Below, one piece after another: positions 43,630-61,439 of a DNA stretch of 64,000 nt. The position numbers and the translations under genes are program-made. Below the pieces are notes generated by a model. The model was not told where the DNA came from. It worked only from the letters and a program-made list of their open reading frames with translations, and made no database searches. Every line of letters begins with the position of its first letter. The stretch's first letter is position 1. The stretch is from the human T2T-CHM13v2.0 reference genome, Homo sapiens: NCBI RefSeq assembly GCF_009914755.1, contig NC_060936.1, one strand, 5' to 3'.

Positions 43630-44110
43630 TTTTCACTTTTTAAAAATTGAGATATCATTCACCTAACATAAAAATCACCCTTTTAAAGTGGTTTTCATAT
43701 ATATTCACAAAATTGTGCGTCCATCACTACTATCTAATTCTAAACATTTTCATCACCTCCACAAAGAAACCTCATACGCATGGTCAGTCTCCACACTTCT
43801 TTCCCCTAGCCCCCAGCAACCACAAACCTACCTTCTGTCTCTCTGGATTTGCCTGTTCTGCACTTTTGCATAGAATGGAATCCTGTGCCATGTGGTCCCT
43901 TTATGCACGATATCCAACCCAGAGAAAGGCCTTGCTTCCTAAGCCCTCCTGAGACTCACCAGCCACGAGCCCGCATCTATAGCAAGTTCTTTTGAAGGCC
44001 CTCTTTACTGCTGGACATTCTTCCTTTGTGCAACAAGTCAATAAACCCATTTTGGTTCAGCTACAGGTGAGTTCTTGGTGGTTTTTTAGCTTAGGAGGAT
44101 TGGCAGAAAT
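43630..44110. mobile_element. L1M 3' fragment plus ERVL-type LTR end (MER74/MER54-like)
   Basis: ttgagatatcattcacctaacataaaaatcaccc; aataaacc...ggtgagttcttggtgg...attggca. Confidence 0.55.
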
Positions 44111-45274
44111 AGAGGTTCCCTGAGTCAGCTGAAGCCCTCCCCCTTGGACAAGAACCCCCGCCTCAGTTAGGGTGGACACAGCTGAGACATACAGGGTGTC
44201 TCCCTCTGTCTGAGGTGCCGGGTGGCCCACAGCTGGAAGGCAGCTCGGGCTGAATGGAGGCTGATATTTCCTTGAGGCCCCTCCGCCTCAGGTGTGCTCT
44301 GTTCTGGGAATGAGGTGCTGTGCGACTTTTCCTGGTGATCTGATCAGATTTGCCCCGCTCCACGGTGAAACTGCTGTCTAGCCTTCTGAGAAATGCTCCT
44401 ATGTCTATCTGGTGGTCGAATGTTCTAAGCGTTGTCTCTAAGTGGAAAATTCAGTAGTTGATAGGGGCCCGGGAAGTCTGTCCTCAAGCTGGTCTTGGAG
44501 GTCACAGTGCTCAGGAGTTCCCCTCAGACTAGCATTCATTGGAATGAGCTTTGCCCCAGGTCACTGTTTTCATACCTAAGGGTGGATTTTCCCCTCAACT
44601 TTGTCTCTGTGTGGTTCCTGAGAACTGCTCACTTTAAAGTTCCCTCTGCCTGGAATCAGGAGGATTGGGGACAATCAGCCTGTGGCCTCTGACCAAGCTC
44701 TGGAGGCACGAAGTCTCTTCTCGGACTGCTCGGGTGCCCGTGCGACCTTCTTCATCGGAAGTGGCTCTTCCCCAGGCCAAACGCCTGCTGCTTTCAGATT
44801 TCCTCACTGTCGTGTGAACTCATCTTATGCCTCTGACACAATTTCTTGAGACACCATTTGAAACTGCAGTGGCCGCTCTGGGGAATTTTCACATGAATGA
44901 GGTTGTTCGTTTGAGAGGTTCTGTACAGCAAACATGGAAGGAGCCCCGTGAAGAGCTTCTCTTGTGGGAAAGAGACATCGATGTGTTTAATGCAGGAGAC
45001 ACAGTCCCTTCCTCATTTGTTTCCATACTTCAGGGACTAATAAGTGCTGGGGTTTTGTTGTACAGATTGATAAAACTGTCGAAGGCCAAGCTGTTGTCCA
45101 AAACAGGATAATTTCACTAGCTTTGAGAGTATTTGTCAAAAATATGTTTTTCTAACTTTTCTTTTTTTTTGCAAAATAACCTAATTAGCCTGATAGTCAT
45201 AATTTCATACTTACTGGAAGCCAGTTCCCTCTACTTTTTTATTTAAAACAAGCTTACATTTCTTATTTTAATAT

Positions 45275-45613
45275 TTATGTATGTATGTATGTATGTATGT
45301 ATGTATGTATTTATTTATTTATTTATTTATTTGAGACAGGATATTATTCTGTCACCCAGACTGCAGTGTAGTGGCACAATCACAGCTCACCACAGCCTGG
45401 ACTTCCCAGGCTCAGGTGATCCTTCCACCTCTGCCTTTTGAGTAGCTAGTACTACAGGTGCCCAACCACCACACCCAGCTAAGTTTTGTATTTTTTGTAG
45501 AGATGAGGTTTTGCTATGTTTCCCAGGCTGGTCTCAAATTGCTTGGGCTCAAGCAATCTGCCCACCTCAGCCTCCAAACTTAGAATTACAGACGTGAGCC
45601 ACACCATCCAGCC
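45275..45613 (-). mobile_element. AluJ with (TATG)n(TTTA)n tail
   Basis: direct reading. Confidence 0.9.
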
Positions 45614-46803
45614 TCTAATTTTTTGTTTCTATCCCTCCATTTTTCTTGGGTTAGACGACATTGACTCATGATTTTTCAGAAAAGAAAACAGAGGCTCAGA
45701 GAGGTTAAGTGACTTGCCCAAGTTCACACTGCTAACCTACAGCAGGGCCAGGACTCAACTCAGACCGTGAGATGCGGCCAGCGTTTGGAACAAAAGCGTA
45801 TCTCATTGTGTTGCTTCCCTCAGCACCGAGGAGAAAGGAGAGAAACTTGGGGATCATCAGACCAGCCACGCCAGAGCTCATAGCAGTCTTACTCAGTCCC
45901 ACAAGCCCACAGGACGTCAGCACAAGAACCTGTTCTTAAAACCATCCAATCTCACCTCTCGATTAACAGATGTGGAGACTCAGGCCCAGAGAGGAAAAGT
46001 GACTCATTCAAGGTCGCATAGATTAGTGGCAATGCCTAGACTTGAACTGAGATGAGCAGAGTCTGGTGCACTGCCACGTCCCACCCTCCTCCTCCACAGC
46101 AGGTGCAGGGAGGGTCCATTCTTCTGGTCACTGCAGCATAGTACAGTTTTCTGTGTCAGTGCCCTTCCTCTTAGGAAGAAACACCTCTGGGCTGGGGTAG
46201 CTAGCTCCCACTTTTAGCCATGTAAAATTTCTCTCTGGGCATTTTAGGTAGGAGTGTTGTCTATATTCTTAAGTGTCCGAGTCTACTTTGGCTACAGAGA
46301 TGAATTAGGAAAAATTAGACTCTGCTTTGTATGTATGCAGAGTTCTCCGTGCACGATAAAGTGTAAATGAAAAGCAGCAAATGCTATTAGCAGGAGGGCA
46401 AGCCAAAACTGCTAGGCCCTTTTTAAATGTCCTCAAGTCATCCTCAAACCTACCCATGTAATTATCTTCTAAGTTCATTCTCAAAAATGAGATTCTAAAT
46501 TTCAGGGTTTATTTACAGCCAGATGATCATAATACTCCCCTGCTCAAAAAGCTTCGGTGACCCCTATTCCTTGAAATTAAAGTCACAGATTCCTATCTCA
46601 TCATTCAAGGCCACCTGTGATCTGGTCAAAATCTATTTCTAGTAGTATTGCCCACTGTTTCCTTTCCAGGCACTCAACTCAGTCTACCTCCAGCTGATTA
46701 GATTTCCTAGAAATAACTACTCCTCCTTCTAAACCCCATGAACAAATGTTTTCTGAAAAGGTATTTGGAGGAAAGAGACTTTATTCCAGTGGACAAAACT
46801 GGG

Positions 46804-47248
46804 TGTTAGGTTTTGAAGGGAAGGCGAGGGTTAAAGAAAGACATACGTAAGAGGGTGGCTTAATAGCAAATGCAGGCTTTATGTCCAGCATAAAACCTAC
46901 AGAAGTCAGGAACCAGCATAATGCCAGAGCCCACTGCTGCTTACAGGCTGGGGCAATTTATGGGCCAAAGGGGTCTGGGCAGTATGGCTTGCTGCCTGGC
47001 AGGATATTGATAAGATGTTCCCGTGATGAGATGGTTCTGGCCCTTGTTCCAGTGGGATTTCGTTGTGGTGTTCCTCGGATCTTTGTCCAGCATGATATGA
47101 TAGAGATGTGTCTTTGGTTAGGCCTTTGTCTGCCTTGTGGTCAGGTGGTTAGGCAGGACGTTTCTCACACCCAAACCCCTGTTTCACTTTGACTAAGGTC
47201 TGCAAAATAGCAGGGAGAGCTTATGACATGGTGCAGTTTGGACTAACA
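46804..47248 (-). mobile_element. MER61-family solo LTR nested in an older ERV1 LTR (~46747-47720)
   Basis: Minus strand TGTTAGTCCAAACTGCACC...GCAGACCTTAGTCAAAGTGAAACA; TG..CA termini; flanks ctggg / ctgag. Confidence 0.75.
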
Positions 47249-49392
47249 CTGAGAGACCAGAGTTCAGTGTAAAATGAATGTGCGTTCAGAGAACAGAGAG
47301 GAGTCGGGCTTTATAGCAAAATTTGCTGCCCAGGTTCCCCATCAGGTTCATTTGCATATGAACCCAGATTCATTTGCATTTGCTTTCCTCTGATGCAGCT
47401 GAGCCCTGATTAACCGAGCAGATGAGCTCTGATTGATTGGTTTCCAAGCCCTAAACTGGGAGTCTCTGTCAGACTGTGGCAGGCTGGTGGTGGGAGGGGC
47501 CCAGCAGCAGTTTGTCCTGGGAGCAACAGCAGGCGCTGGTTTGGCTTGATTGTGAAAAGAGGGGTCCTGTGATGCTCTTATATCTTTCTGAGAACACAGA
47601 GTATGTGATTGCTCCCACACCCGGCTGTAGCCACTGGGTTTCTGTTTTAAATATGAGTACCTCAGTGAGTCATAGGGAGTCCATTTGGTCTGTGGGCTGT
47701 GAACATACTTTAAACAATCCCAATCCTGTTCTCTCTTGACAAATCACTTTCTTTACCCAAATACAGATACTGGAGTACGTGTCTTTCCTCCCCTTAAGGA
47801 CAGTACCTCTTGGGCTTACTTTAGTTAGCCCCACCTAGGAGAGAGCCTGGCACATGTTAGGTCTTAATAAACACTGAGCAAATGAATGACTGAGTTGTAT
47901 GAGACATTTCATTTACCCTCCCCGGCTCCATGCCTGGGAGGAATGAGCTACCTCTGAAGATGGGTAACGTCTTGAGATTTTCACAAAAGAATATAAAGCT
48001 AGCAAGTCAAAGACAGTGTGATACTGCTTTAATTTTAGTTGTGTTTTTTTTTTTTCCTGAAACACAGCACATTAGGAGTTGAGATGATGGTATTGACTGT
48101 CCTTGTGGTTTGTGTGCAATTTTTAACCAGGATTCATGGCTGGGGAAACAAAAGCACTTCTTTGCTTGCATAACTTTTTTCCCTTCCTTTATTACTTCAA
48201 AGAGGCAAGATGTGGTTTGCATTCATTTCACTGCTAATATTGCTCTCAAAGATCGCTAAAGATCTCTTCTCCCCTCACACATTCCACTCATTTGTAACCC
48301 AGATCCTCAGTGTGGCTAATGGAGGGTCCCTCAGCCCTGTAACTTCTGTGCATGAAGCAGTAGGTAGTGGGTCCAGTTATGTTAAACATTAGGTAATATC
48401 AGTATCTTTTAACCTTACTATGAGAATCTTAAAGATGGAAGCATTAGCCTCTGCTTATGATTGCTGTAGGCAAGAATGTGCACCAACCCTCCCAAGCGTA
48501 TAAAGATCATCACCGTCACCGTCACCATTGTAAGGTCACAGCTCTTCACAGTTCACTTATCTTTTTCCTAGTTATTCTCCCTCCTAATCATTGCCAAAGT
48601 CTTGAGAGATAGGTGTGAATCCTTCTAGGATGCAGCTGAAAAAGTTAAATGTCTTGTCCTAGAGCACACAGCTCAGCAGCACCAAGAATGAAATGTTAAA
48701 TCTGGTGTTTTTCCCTCTCTGCTGTAGTGAAGCTCTGCTAGAGATTTACCGAAGTCCTTGATATTTTAACCTAGCTATCAACTTCAGCCCAGAGAAGATC
48801 TTCCAAAAGTAGATTCCAAAAGTATATTCATCCATCAACCATAACCTTAAATCTGAAGCCAGGAACTAAAAAGAAATTCTCAAGGTAACACAATTGTCAT
48901 GAAGTCTCACTCCCAGGACCAATTATAATCTGGATTTTTGTCTTCATCCTTCCAGGTGTCTCTGATCCCACTGTAAGCAAACCCTGAGTCCTAGGGCCTT
49001 TCTTCCGCTTATTTCACTCTTTCTGTACACATTTTCCAGTACCTCCACCACTCACCACCCTCCAAAAAGAACTGATCCCTAAGCTTGTGCAGTGATTAAT
49101 GATTTTCATGTCTTTTCTATTTGCCTGCAGTTATGCTACAAGATCTCTTGGCAAAGGACTAGCCAGGCATGCCTAATATATACATTCGTGTGATTTAACA
49201 AACTGGTTTCTACCACTTTCGGCCTCAAGTGACAGTGTTTTTTAACGTTGGTTGCAGGCAGGGGACTGTTGCCCCCTGCCAAGCACTTCAGCTTCCTTGC
49301 CTGGCCTCTCCTTGGCTTCTGTCTGTCCCCACCAGCAGCTCTTCATTGGACCCATCCTGACCCTCCAAGAAAGCAGAAAAGGAGGTTCCTGA

Positions 49393-49861
49393 TGCAAAAC
49401 CTAAAGAGCTTTCATCTGAGGAAGGTGAGTCCTTTTTAAACTATGAGGCCTGGAGAGACGTTAAAATGAGAGCAATCACACCCTACTCCCCGCTTTGAGC
49501 TATGTATTCATCTCTTAAAACTGCTTGCTATTGCCACAAGTAGCTATGAATTAATTTTAATTTAGGATTATTATAGTGTCTCACCAGAAGCATAAACCAC
49601 ATCCTATAACTTAACAATAACCAATTGCTCATCAATTTTGTTTCTGTAATCCAAAGAGAGTTCCTGATCAACAACTTTGTACCAGCCCACTCTCTCGGTC
49701 CCAGTCTTTTGTTTTTAAAAACCTGCTTGGAACAAAGGCTCTAGGAAGCTCACAGCCAAGAGTACTTGGGTCTGAGTCTTCCAGGCAGCTGTCCTCACTT
49801 TGGCTCAAGTAAACTCTTTAAATTATGCTTTGCGTCTCAGCCTCTGCCTTTTGGGTCAACA
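49393..49861 (+). mobile_element. ERV1 solo LTR (MER67-like), copy 2
   Basis: TG...CA termini; TSD CTGA (49389-49392 and 49862-49865). Confidence 0.78.
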
Positions 49862-49994
49862 CTGAGGGGAGTAAATGAATGGCACCTGCTCCTTCTCTGT
49901 CTGAAGCTTGGACTTCTCCTGAGAGGACTTCCTGCTCCAAGATAGGAGGGAGTCTCACTCAGAAGAGGAAGGAGCTCCTGTCTGCTGAGGACAC

Positions 49995-50125
49995 GGTTCC
50001 ATCCAATGAGGTCAGCAGGGCTATCAGCAGCTTCCGTTAATTCCGTTGGGGTAGGCGTGTGGCAAGCGGCAGTTATTTGAGCTGAGGATGCTGGGATGGA
50101 TTTTCACATGAGCAGTTGGCCCTTA
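49995..50125. promoter_or_regulatory. MYB (A-MYB-type) motif cluster, copy 2
   Basis: CCGTTA 50034, CCGTTG 50043, CAGTTA 50070, CAGTTG 50113; CCAAT/TGAGGTCA retained. Confidence 0.6.
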
Positions 50126-53100
50126 GATCATGAGACCAGCCTAAGTGCCCAAGGAAATGGAACAGCAGGGAGGGGGAGGGACATCACATCCACTATCAAA
50201 ACTTCTTGTTAGTCTCTGGCTTCCACATCCTTTCCCAAAACTTCAGCCCAATTCACAGCCGCATTTTTCCATCTCTTTGCCATTCCTCCATGGGAGAGCT
50301 TTCTGTTGGTACAGGAATAGCTGAGAAGTGGGAAAGATCATGGGTAGTAAGAGCTGCCCCCGATAATCTACAGAAAGCTTTGCTGGAATGAGGTTGTGCA
50401 TCTCTGAACCTGAGCTAGATTTGTTGGGTCAGGGACCATACTTATTTACTGGCCCAAGAATTAGAAGAGGAGGTGTCTAAGAAATGCTTGTTGAATGAAT
50501 AAATAAACAGCCGAGTGAGTGTTTATATGAGCCTGAAAACTGCCTGCACCAGCACAAAAGTAAAGCCCCAACACCCTCAGGTCACACCTACTGGAAAAAT
50601 ATATGTCAGCCCCAGAAAAATGTGGGCAACATGAGGCAACTCCGGAGCAACACAGGAAACTGCCCTCCTCTTCTGGCCCCTCTTCCACTGTGATGCTCAA
50701 AGTCTGTGATGACCAAGTCTGGTCATCTAATCAGCAGGATATAAGAGGGTCATTCTTCACTGCGGCCATTCCAGTTTCCTGGAAACTTGGCTTTCTCCTG
50801 ACCGTTTCCCCATGAGCACGGTGGTGACAAGCTTGAGCTCTGACATCAGAAAGTCCCCAGTTTGAAACCTCTAGCTTCTTACTCGCTAGCTATGAGACTT
50901 TGGGCAAATTAATCTCTAAACCTCAATTTCTCAATCTGTAAAATGTTCAAGGTCAAGCAACTCACTTTTCCACATTGTAATTGATGAAATTAAAATTCAG
51001 ACTCAGATCTGCCTCACTCCACAGTCTGTGCTTTTTCCTTCCCACTCATCTTTTTCTCTTTCTATTAAAAATTTCATAACACATTTGAGATTCTGTCTCA
51101 ACTCATATCACTGAAATCATCTGTCACGTCTGATGATCATATAGAAGCCAGACTAAGATTCAGCCACAAATGTTATGCCTAAACATTTCTTATTATTTCT
51201 TTTTAATGTTTCTCATGTATACAATCAAACTCGCACCCTAGTATTATTGGCAGGCTAATATATGCCCATGAGACATGTAGCTTAAATCTCTATGGGATAG
51301 GATAAATATTCTCCCTTTGTTTGTGATTTGAAAGCTTTCCATGGATGCTAAAGCGATTTGTTAAAATACCTTCACCTGTAAGTGTTTTTCCTCTCTTAAA
51401 AGCCTAATTCATCTCTGAGTTTGTTTACTAAAATAATCTAATTTGCTCATTTTCTCTAGCCATTCCAAGCTAAATCCCAGGAAGTACTAAAGAAGCAATG
51501 CACAGACACAGTATCATACAATTTGAGACACAGTATTATACAATTGATGTGAACTTCTAGGCACAGTGTGCTCACAGTCTGTCTGGAAATAACTTTGTAG
51601 CAAGCATAGTTCCAGTCTAGCTGCCTGGCAGCCTGGCAGGATATTATTATTACTGATACTAATTTACTTTTTAATGTAAGTCTACCCAGAATATATTAAA
51701 GAAGTTTCAAGAAATCAGGATCATGGATTATAACCTGACGTAGTGCTAAGGAACCATCAGTTCCATGTAAGCATTTGGTTAGCAAGTCTTTTTCAAAGGC
51801 CATGCTTGAGAAACAGTTTTGCTCTCCCAAACAATGTGTTGTAGTTTTTTTTAGCATACTACTGTGCAGATAAATAAATGAGATATTAATGCCATTGCAA
51901 GTTCTGGCTTTGTGTAGAGTTTTCTAGTGAAGCCTGTTTAGGATCCTGGATTTGTCCAAGCTGTTCTGATTATCCCATCATTTTTAACATGGATAATCTA
52001 CAATCTTTCATCTATTACATAAATTGAATTCTGGCACAAGTTCAACTGCTCTTCATTGAAACTGAGAAAAATTTTAGGATCACTTTGCTGGAATCCAAAG
52101 AAGATGTTAAATACTACCAAAAAAAAAAGGCTGAAAACTGGTTTCCAAGAATCTCTGGGGCATCCTTAAGAACTCCCCTTGCATGTTCATTAGACGGCCC
52201 TTTACCCAATGTATCTCTAATAGTCTGCTGAAAATACTCAAAGGCAAGTAATTTTCATGTAATCAACTAAACAAAATGTTTAACAAATATGGCAAATATT
52301 AATATTTTTAACTGTTTATGTAAAGTGCAAGAGAGTTATTGATTAGGAGAGTAGCTCTGAAGCCGAACAGCCTAGGTCTAAATCCCGGTTCTTTCATCAA
52401 TAAGCTCCATTACTGTTGATAAGTTATTTGAATTATCGGTGTCTTAGTATCTTTCCTTATAGAGGTGATGATTGCTCCTACCTAATAGCACTGTAGCAAT
52501 CATATATGCAGAGCTTATCACACTAATTGACATTCAAAAATATTAGCTCTTAAAAAATTATTATTAGAAATTTGAGAAAAAGAATCACACTAAAAAAGGA
52601 TAAAAGGCATTGAAAATAATTCCCCCAAAAGAAAATAAAAATTTCTCAAATCATATAGGACTTATTTTGTAACATTAAGAAGATTCCAATTAATTCAAAT
52701 TAAATGGATGATGCCTTATCTTCACAATGACATTCCAATAGCTTGTTTTCTTATTTTAATGAAAATATGTAATGATGGTGAAGATTCAGTGAGACAGGCA
52801 CTTCCATACTAGCTGCTGGAATTCTACGTTGACACAACATATTTGGTGAGCAATATGGCAATCAGAAGACTAAAAGAATGTTGCATATTTTGTCTTGGTA
52901 ATTCCTCTTCTGGAAATCTTTCTTAAGTGAACAATTCCTAATTCAAAAGCTACTTACTATATAGTTATACACAAAGACATATACTACAAAATTATTAATT
53001 ACTAGGAAAACAAAATGAAATAATCTATATGTTATATAATAAAAGCATAACTAAATAAATTTCGTGTAGTCACATAAAGATATGTTTATGCAGCAGAAAA

Positions 53101-53599
53101 TTGGAATTTATGAAAAGATTGGCATAATATAGAGACAAGTTTTCTTAGTTATCATGAACAGAAAAGTATGATGGCAGTCATGAAAAATATTCATTAAAAA
53201 TTAGAGGAAAATAAATATGTCTATCTATCTAGCTAGCTAGCTAATTTTGAGATTCTGTTTTATAACTGAAGTTTAGACTCTGTGACCCTCCCCTAAAAGT
53301 CTGTTCATCTCTTTTTTAGTTAAGACTGTTGACTGTTTTCCACAACAACCAGTAGACATCAGTGACCATTAACCACTTTTCTCATGCATTCTATTTTCCT
53401 TATTTCCAGAATACATTCCCTTAAGCTAAATACAACTTCTCCCTCTACATCTGTTTTCCATGAGCATATCTGGATTTACTGGTATATCTATCACTTCCAT
53501 GTCCTTTTCAGGATTGGTGAACCATGTCATCCATTCCTGCTCCAGGCAGAAGCTTGTTCTCAGTCCTTGGTTTTGAGCTTGTGTATCTGTCTCTCTCTT

Positions 53600-54090
53600 T
53601 AATTTTTATTTTAGGTTCAGGGGCACAAGTGCATGTAGGTTAGATGGGTAAACTCATGTCACATGGGTTTGTTGTACATATTATTTTGTCTTCCAGGCAC
53701 TAAACCTACTACCCAATAGTTATTCTTCCTGGTCCTCTCTATCCTTCGACCTTCTACTCTCAAGTGGGCCTCAATGTCTGTTATTCCCCTTGTTGTCTCC
53801 GTGTGTTCTCATTATTTAGCTCCCACTTATAAATGTGAACATTCGGTATTTGGCTTTCTTTTCCTTTGTAAGTTTGCTAAGGATAATGGCCTCCAGCTCT
53901 ATCCATGTCCCTGCAAAGGACATGATCTAGTTCTTTTATGTGACTGCAGAGTAGTCCATGGTGCACATGTACCACATTTTTTTTTAAATCCAGTCTGCCG
54001 TGGATGGACATTTAGGTTGATTCCATGTCTTTGCTATTGTGAATGGTGCTGCAATGAACATGTGTGTATGTATTTCTTTATGGTAGAACA
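53600..54090 (-). mobile_element. L1PB/old L1PA 3' end
   Basis: ttctcattatttagctcccacttataaatgtgaac...aggataatggcctccagct. Confidence 0.88.
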
Positions 54091-54959
54091 ATAAATCACA
54101 ATGTTAATGGCTGTTGGTAGAATTAATTTTACGTAATTTCTAATCTTTTTCTTTATATTTTTCAAATATTCTACAATGAGAATACATTGCTTCTCTAATA
54201 ATATTAATGCAAGCATATAAATAATTTAAGTTCCCTGGTTAATCTCACTTATTATCTCTAAGCTTTGTGTCTCCTTGTGAAGGCAAATCTCCTGAATAAA
54301 TGCTTACTTAGCACGCGCATCCACTTGGAATCCATCATCTGAAATAGTTACTGTTCATGGTGCATTGACTTTAACTTCAAACTTGGGCAACACTGGAAAC
54401 AAAGAGAAATATACTTCAGCCCCCACAATCACTGGTGAGCAAAATTTATTGCAATCATGTAGCTTAAGGTGCTTCCCAGCACCAGCTTTCCCTGTATGTC
54501 CATCTGGATAGATCATGTTCTGTTGCCCCAGATTCCATGTGGCACCAGTCTACATGATGGTGTCTCACTAGTCATTAACTCTTCCTTTTTCTTTTCTCTG
54601 TCCTCAGAATTTCAAGTTTTTTCCTTTGTAATCTCTTAGATCTCTCCTGGCAGATTGGGCTCTAGAAAATGTATATTTCCTAGGGGAAAAAAAACGACAG
54701 AAATTAGAATAACGATACTGGGGGAGGAGTGAGGAGGAGGAAAATGCTGATGATGAAGCTGACCAGGCCAAGGAAGGGAGATGAGAAAAACCAGATCAAG
54801 CTTCACCTACTCCTGCCTACGTCTAACACCAAAGGTGTTTTGTTCCATGCTTTGAATCCTTTATCTACACAGGACAACTACAAATAGCAATTGGTTACCC
54901 TACCCTTGATAGTAAATTGGTGTGTCAGTGTCTTTCCTGATTTTCTTTTCACGACAATT

Positions 54960-58140
<3,181 letters not shown>

Positions 58141-58154
58141 ATTTATAAGATATA

Positions 58155-58740
58155 AGCTAGGCATAGTTGCATCTGCCTGTAGTCTTAACTACTTGGAAGC
58201 CCAAAGCAGGATGATCACTTGAGCCCACGTGTCTGAGGTCAGCCTGGGCGACATGGTGAGACCCTGTCACTAAAAATAAACAGAAAGTAAAGATACATAT
58301 ATATCTCACTGTGCTAGGCTGAATGATGGCCTCCCAAAGATGTTCACAACCTAATCTGTAAAAACTGTGAGTTTCTTACCTTACCTGGCAAAAGGGACTT
58401 TGCAGATGTGATTCAACTAAGGATGTTGAGATGGGGAGATTCTCCTGGGTTACCTGGCTGGGTCTGATGTAATCACAGGAGTCCTCATTAGAGGGAAGCA
58501 GAAAGACCAAAGTCAGAGACGGAGATGTGGCCGTAGAAGCAGAGGTCCATGTGCTGCGGGGCCATGAGCCAAGGAACCCACGCCGCCTCTGGGAACTGGG
58601 AAAGGCAAGGGAGCAACGTCTCCCTGGAGCTCCAGAGTGAGCCAGCCCTGATGACACCGTGACTTCAGCCCTCGGAGACTGACTGTGGACATCGGACCTC
58701 TGTCACTGTAAGATCCTAAGTTTATGTTCTTTTTTGGGAA
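58155..58740 (+). mobile_element. Alu monomer (58155-58290) and MLT1D LTR (58310-58740)
   Basis: ttaccttacctggcaaaagggactttgcagatgtgatt...ccatgagccaaggaa. Confidence 0.8.
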
Positions 58741-60544
58741 TATGCACTCTCTCTTCAGTGGAGGACTTGAAGCTGGCTCTTCTGATTCTAAGTCCATGTT
58801 GATTTTTTCCTACCATTGTTCGGGGTAGAAGGGAGCAGGTATCTCAGGTGGTGGGAACAGTGCGAGAAAGCCCCCAGGTCAACATGCACGCTGCCGCGCA
58901 GGGAGCAGGCTCCTCTCAGATTAACCAGCGTGTGCTGGGACTGCGGGAGGTGAGGTCCATTGGGTGGATCCACTAAGCTTTGGAAGCAGAGAGTTTGGGC
59001 TGGAGATGGTGAGAAACCACATAGTGGTTGGAGCATTTTAGGGTCTGTCAGAAGGGTCAGGGCTGCTGGCTGGGGTAGGAGCAGGTGCTGGGGAGACAGC
59101 ACTGGCCTGCCCACCTCACTGGGCTCTGACAGGAGGCATGCCAGGCGTGCTGTTCATTATTATTTCAGAACAGTGCTGCTTAACTCCAGGGACCAAGCTG
59201 CTTCTGTGAATGAGGGGTAGGGAATCCCAGAGGCCAAGGCCGCCTCATCTCTCAGGGACCTTCTGGCTCATTAGATGGCCTCGTCCCTCAATCTTCTCCA
59301 AACTGGTGCTGGCTTCCCTGAGGATGCTCTGAGCTGGTGCCATTAACCTGGGCAGCACTTCTCTCCGGTCCACACGCACTTCACTCTATTATCCTGCACC
59401 CTGAAAAGGCATGGATTTTGTTGAACGGGGCCTTGTGCATCAGAAGCCAAGTGCACCTCTGTCTGGGAGCTGGAATGTATGCAGTGGTCATCTTTGCTGC
59501 TTCTGCCCTGGTGCCACACTCTGAAGAGTGAGAACATGGGCAGGGTGGTCGATGGCTTCACACCTCTGTCTCCCCACCAGGATCTCTGGCTGAGACTCAG
59601 GGTCCGAGGACCCAGGGTGCCTCCAGACCACAGACCAATGAATTTTCTGTTCTCTTTTCAACTTCTTCCCAGCCTAGGGCAGTTCAAAGCCAGCTTCTTT
59701 CAGGAAGCCTGCCCTGATAGTGCCACCCAACTACAAACACTTATTTTCTGTGCTGCATATTTTCAGTGCTAAGTGATTGTGCATTCAACCTTTCAGTACA
59801 CATGGTCTCCTGTGGTTCTCTAGTCCTTCTGGAGAAGCAAGTGTGAGACGGATGCCTCGTCTGGTGAGGTTACAGACTTTCTGAGGATGGGGAGCAATCT
59901 TTCTTCATTTGTATCATGTCTCACCAAATAGATAAACCATTGGAGGACAGGTACTGTTTGACATGAAAATAAGGTTTATGGTGCCCTCCTGATCATTGTT
60001 CAGTAAACTCTTCAGGGAAAGGAGTGGAGAGATCATTAGTTCATTGGAAAAGGTATTTCTTGCCTAGAGGGGTGGATTCCTAAATTTAGGGCTAAATGTG
60101 TCATGCAGCTCTAAATTTCTACACCATGAGAAGGTAGTCCCTTTTGCTTCTTTTATGTACAATCCATGCATTTGTTCCACAGACATCTGATGTTTACTGA
60201 ATGCCCTGTGCAACAGAGATTGAGGATTCAAAGGTGAACAACAGATTATCTTTCTCTGCAGGGGGCTGTCTCTATGCACATCACTCACAAATATCCATCT
60301 ACGGTCCCTCACAAATATCCATCTACAGTCCCAAGCTCCTTCCCCTAATCCACGTCCTGTGTTAGGTGTTGGGCAAACTTTCCAGGTGTCAAGATGCAGA
60401 CAATTAGACCTGCAGCCCCCAGAGGAGCTGAGATAATGCTACTCCTTTCGAGGAGGGGCACATGACATCACCTGACCTGTTGAAGCAGTGGACAGAGTGG
60501 GGTTTGGGGGATCCTAACCAGAGTAGCTAGCCCTCCCCACCTGC

Positions 60545-60862
60545 GTGTCTTGTATCTGTAGGCTCTGCATCCATAGATTCAACCATGTTGGGTAAAACTA
60601 TTCAAAAAACATTGCATATGTGCTGAACATGTACAAGCTTTTCTTTTTATCATAATTCCCTAAACAACTATTGACATAGTATTTACATTGAATTAGGTAT
60701 CACAAGTAATCTAGAGCTTATTGAAAGTGCATGCAGGGTGTGCATAGGTTGTCTGCAAATGCCGCACCATTTTATATCAGGGGCTTGAGCACCTGCGCTG
60801 TTGGTATCTTTAAGGGAGGATCCTGAAACCAATCCCCAATAATTACTAAGGAACGACGGTAT
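60545..60862 (-). mobile_element. MER2/Tigger-type DNA transposon
   Basis: ccattttatatcaggggcttgagcac...tcctgaaaccaatcccc. Confidence 0.8.
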
Positions 60863-61439
60863 TTGGGTTTTGACAGAAAGCTGAGAAGCCCAGAATGTTA
60901 GAAATAACCTCCTAACAGTAGGAAGCTGAGTTAAAATCAGGAAAAGCCAGCGGTTAAATTCAGTCTTTTTACACACAAGAGCAAGCCACATGTTCTACAG
61001 CAATGGAGGAAAAACTCAGTGATTACCCAATGAAGTGAATAAAAGCTGCAGTGATAGTTACAACAACACGACAACAGGTGACATTGAGAAGGAAGATCTC
61101 ATTTAGGGTTTGTTGGAGGGAGCCACAGCCACTAAGGATGCAGCCTCCTTTGGAAGCACTGACCTGGCCCCTGCGCCCATGGACGTGGGAATAGTGTGGG
61201 AGCTGGCAGAGTCTCAGCAACCTCTCAATCTAGTTTGTCTCCTTAGACAACATCCATCTCCCCCATTCTCCATCAGCTCCTTTTCCAGCTTCCCCTTCCT
61301 GCCCTTGTTTTTGTAAGGCCGGGAGGGAGGTGTCTGGGCTTACGACAATGTCTCACATTGCCCCAGGAGAGGGCAGCAGACATTCTCCCATCCCAGGTGC
61401 CTCCTCTGCACTGTCCAGGATTCCAGTGAATTTTCGAGG

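Larger units (their letters stand above)
49082..50945 (+). repeat. Local segmental duplication, copy 2
   Basis: Direct repeat of 28655-30480; ends inside a MIR. Confidence 0.95.

Noticed and set aside
60284-60332. ~24-bp tandem duplication
   Set aside because: Ordinary slippage duplication with no functional cue.
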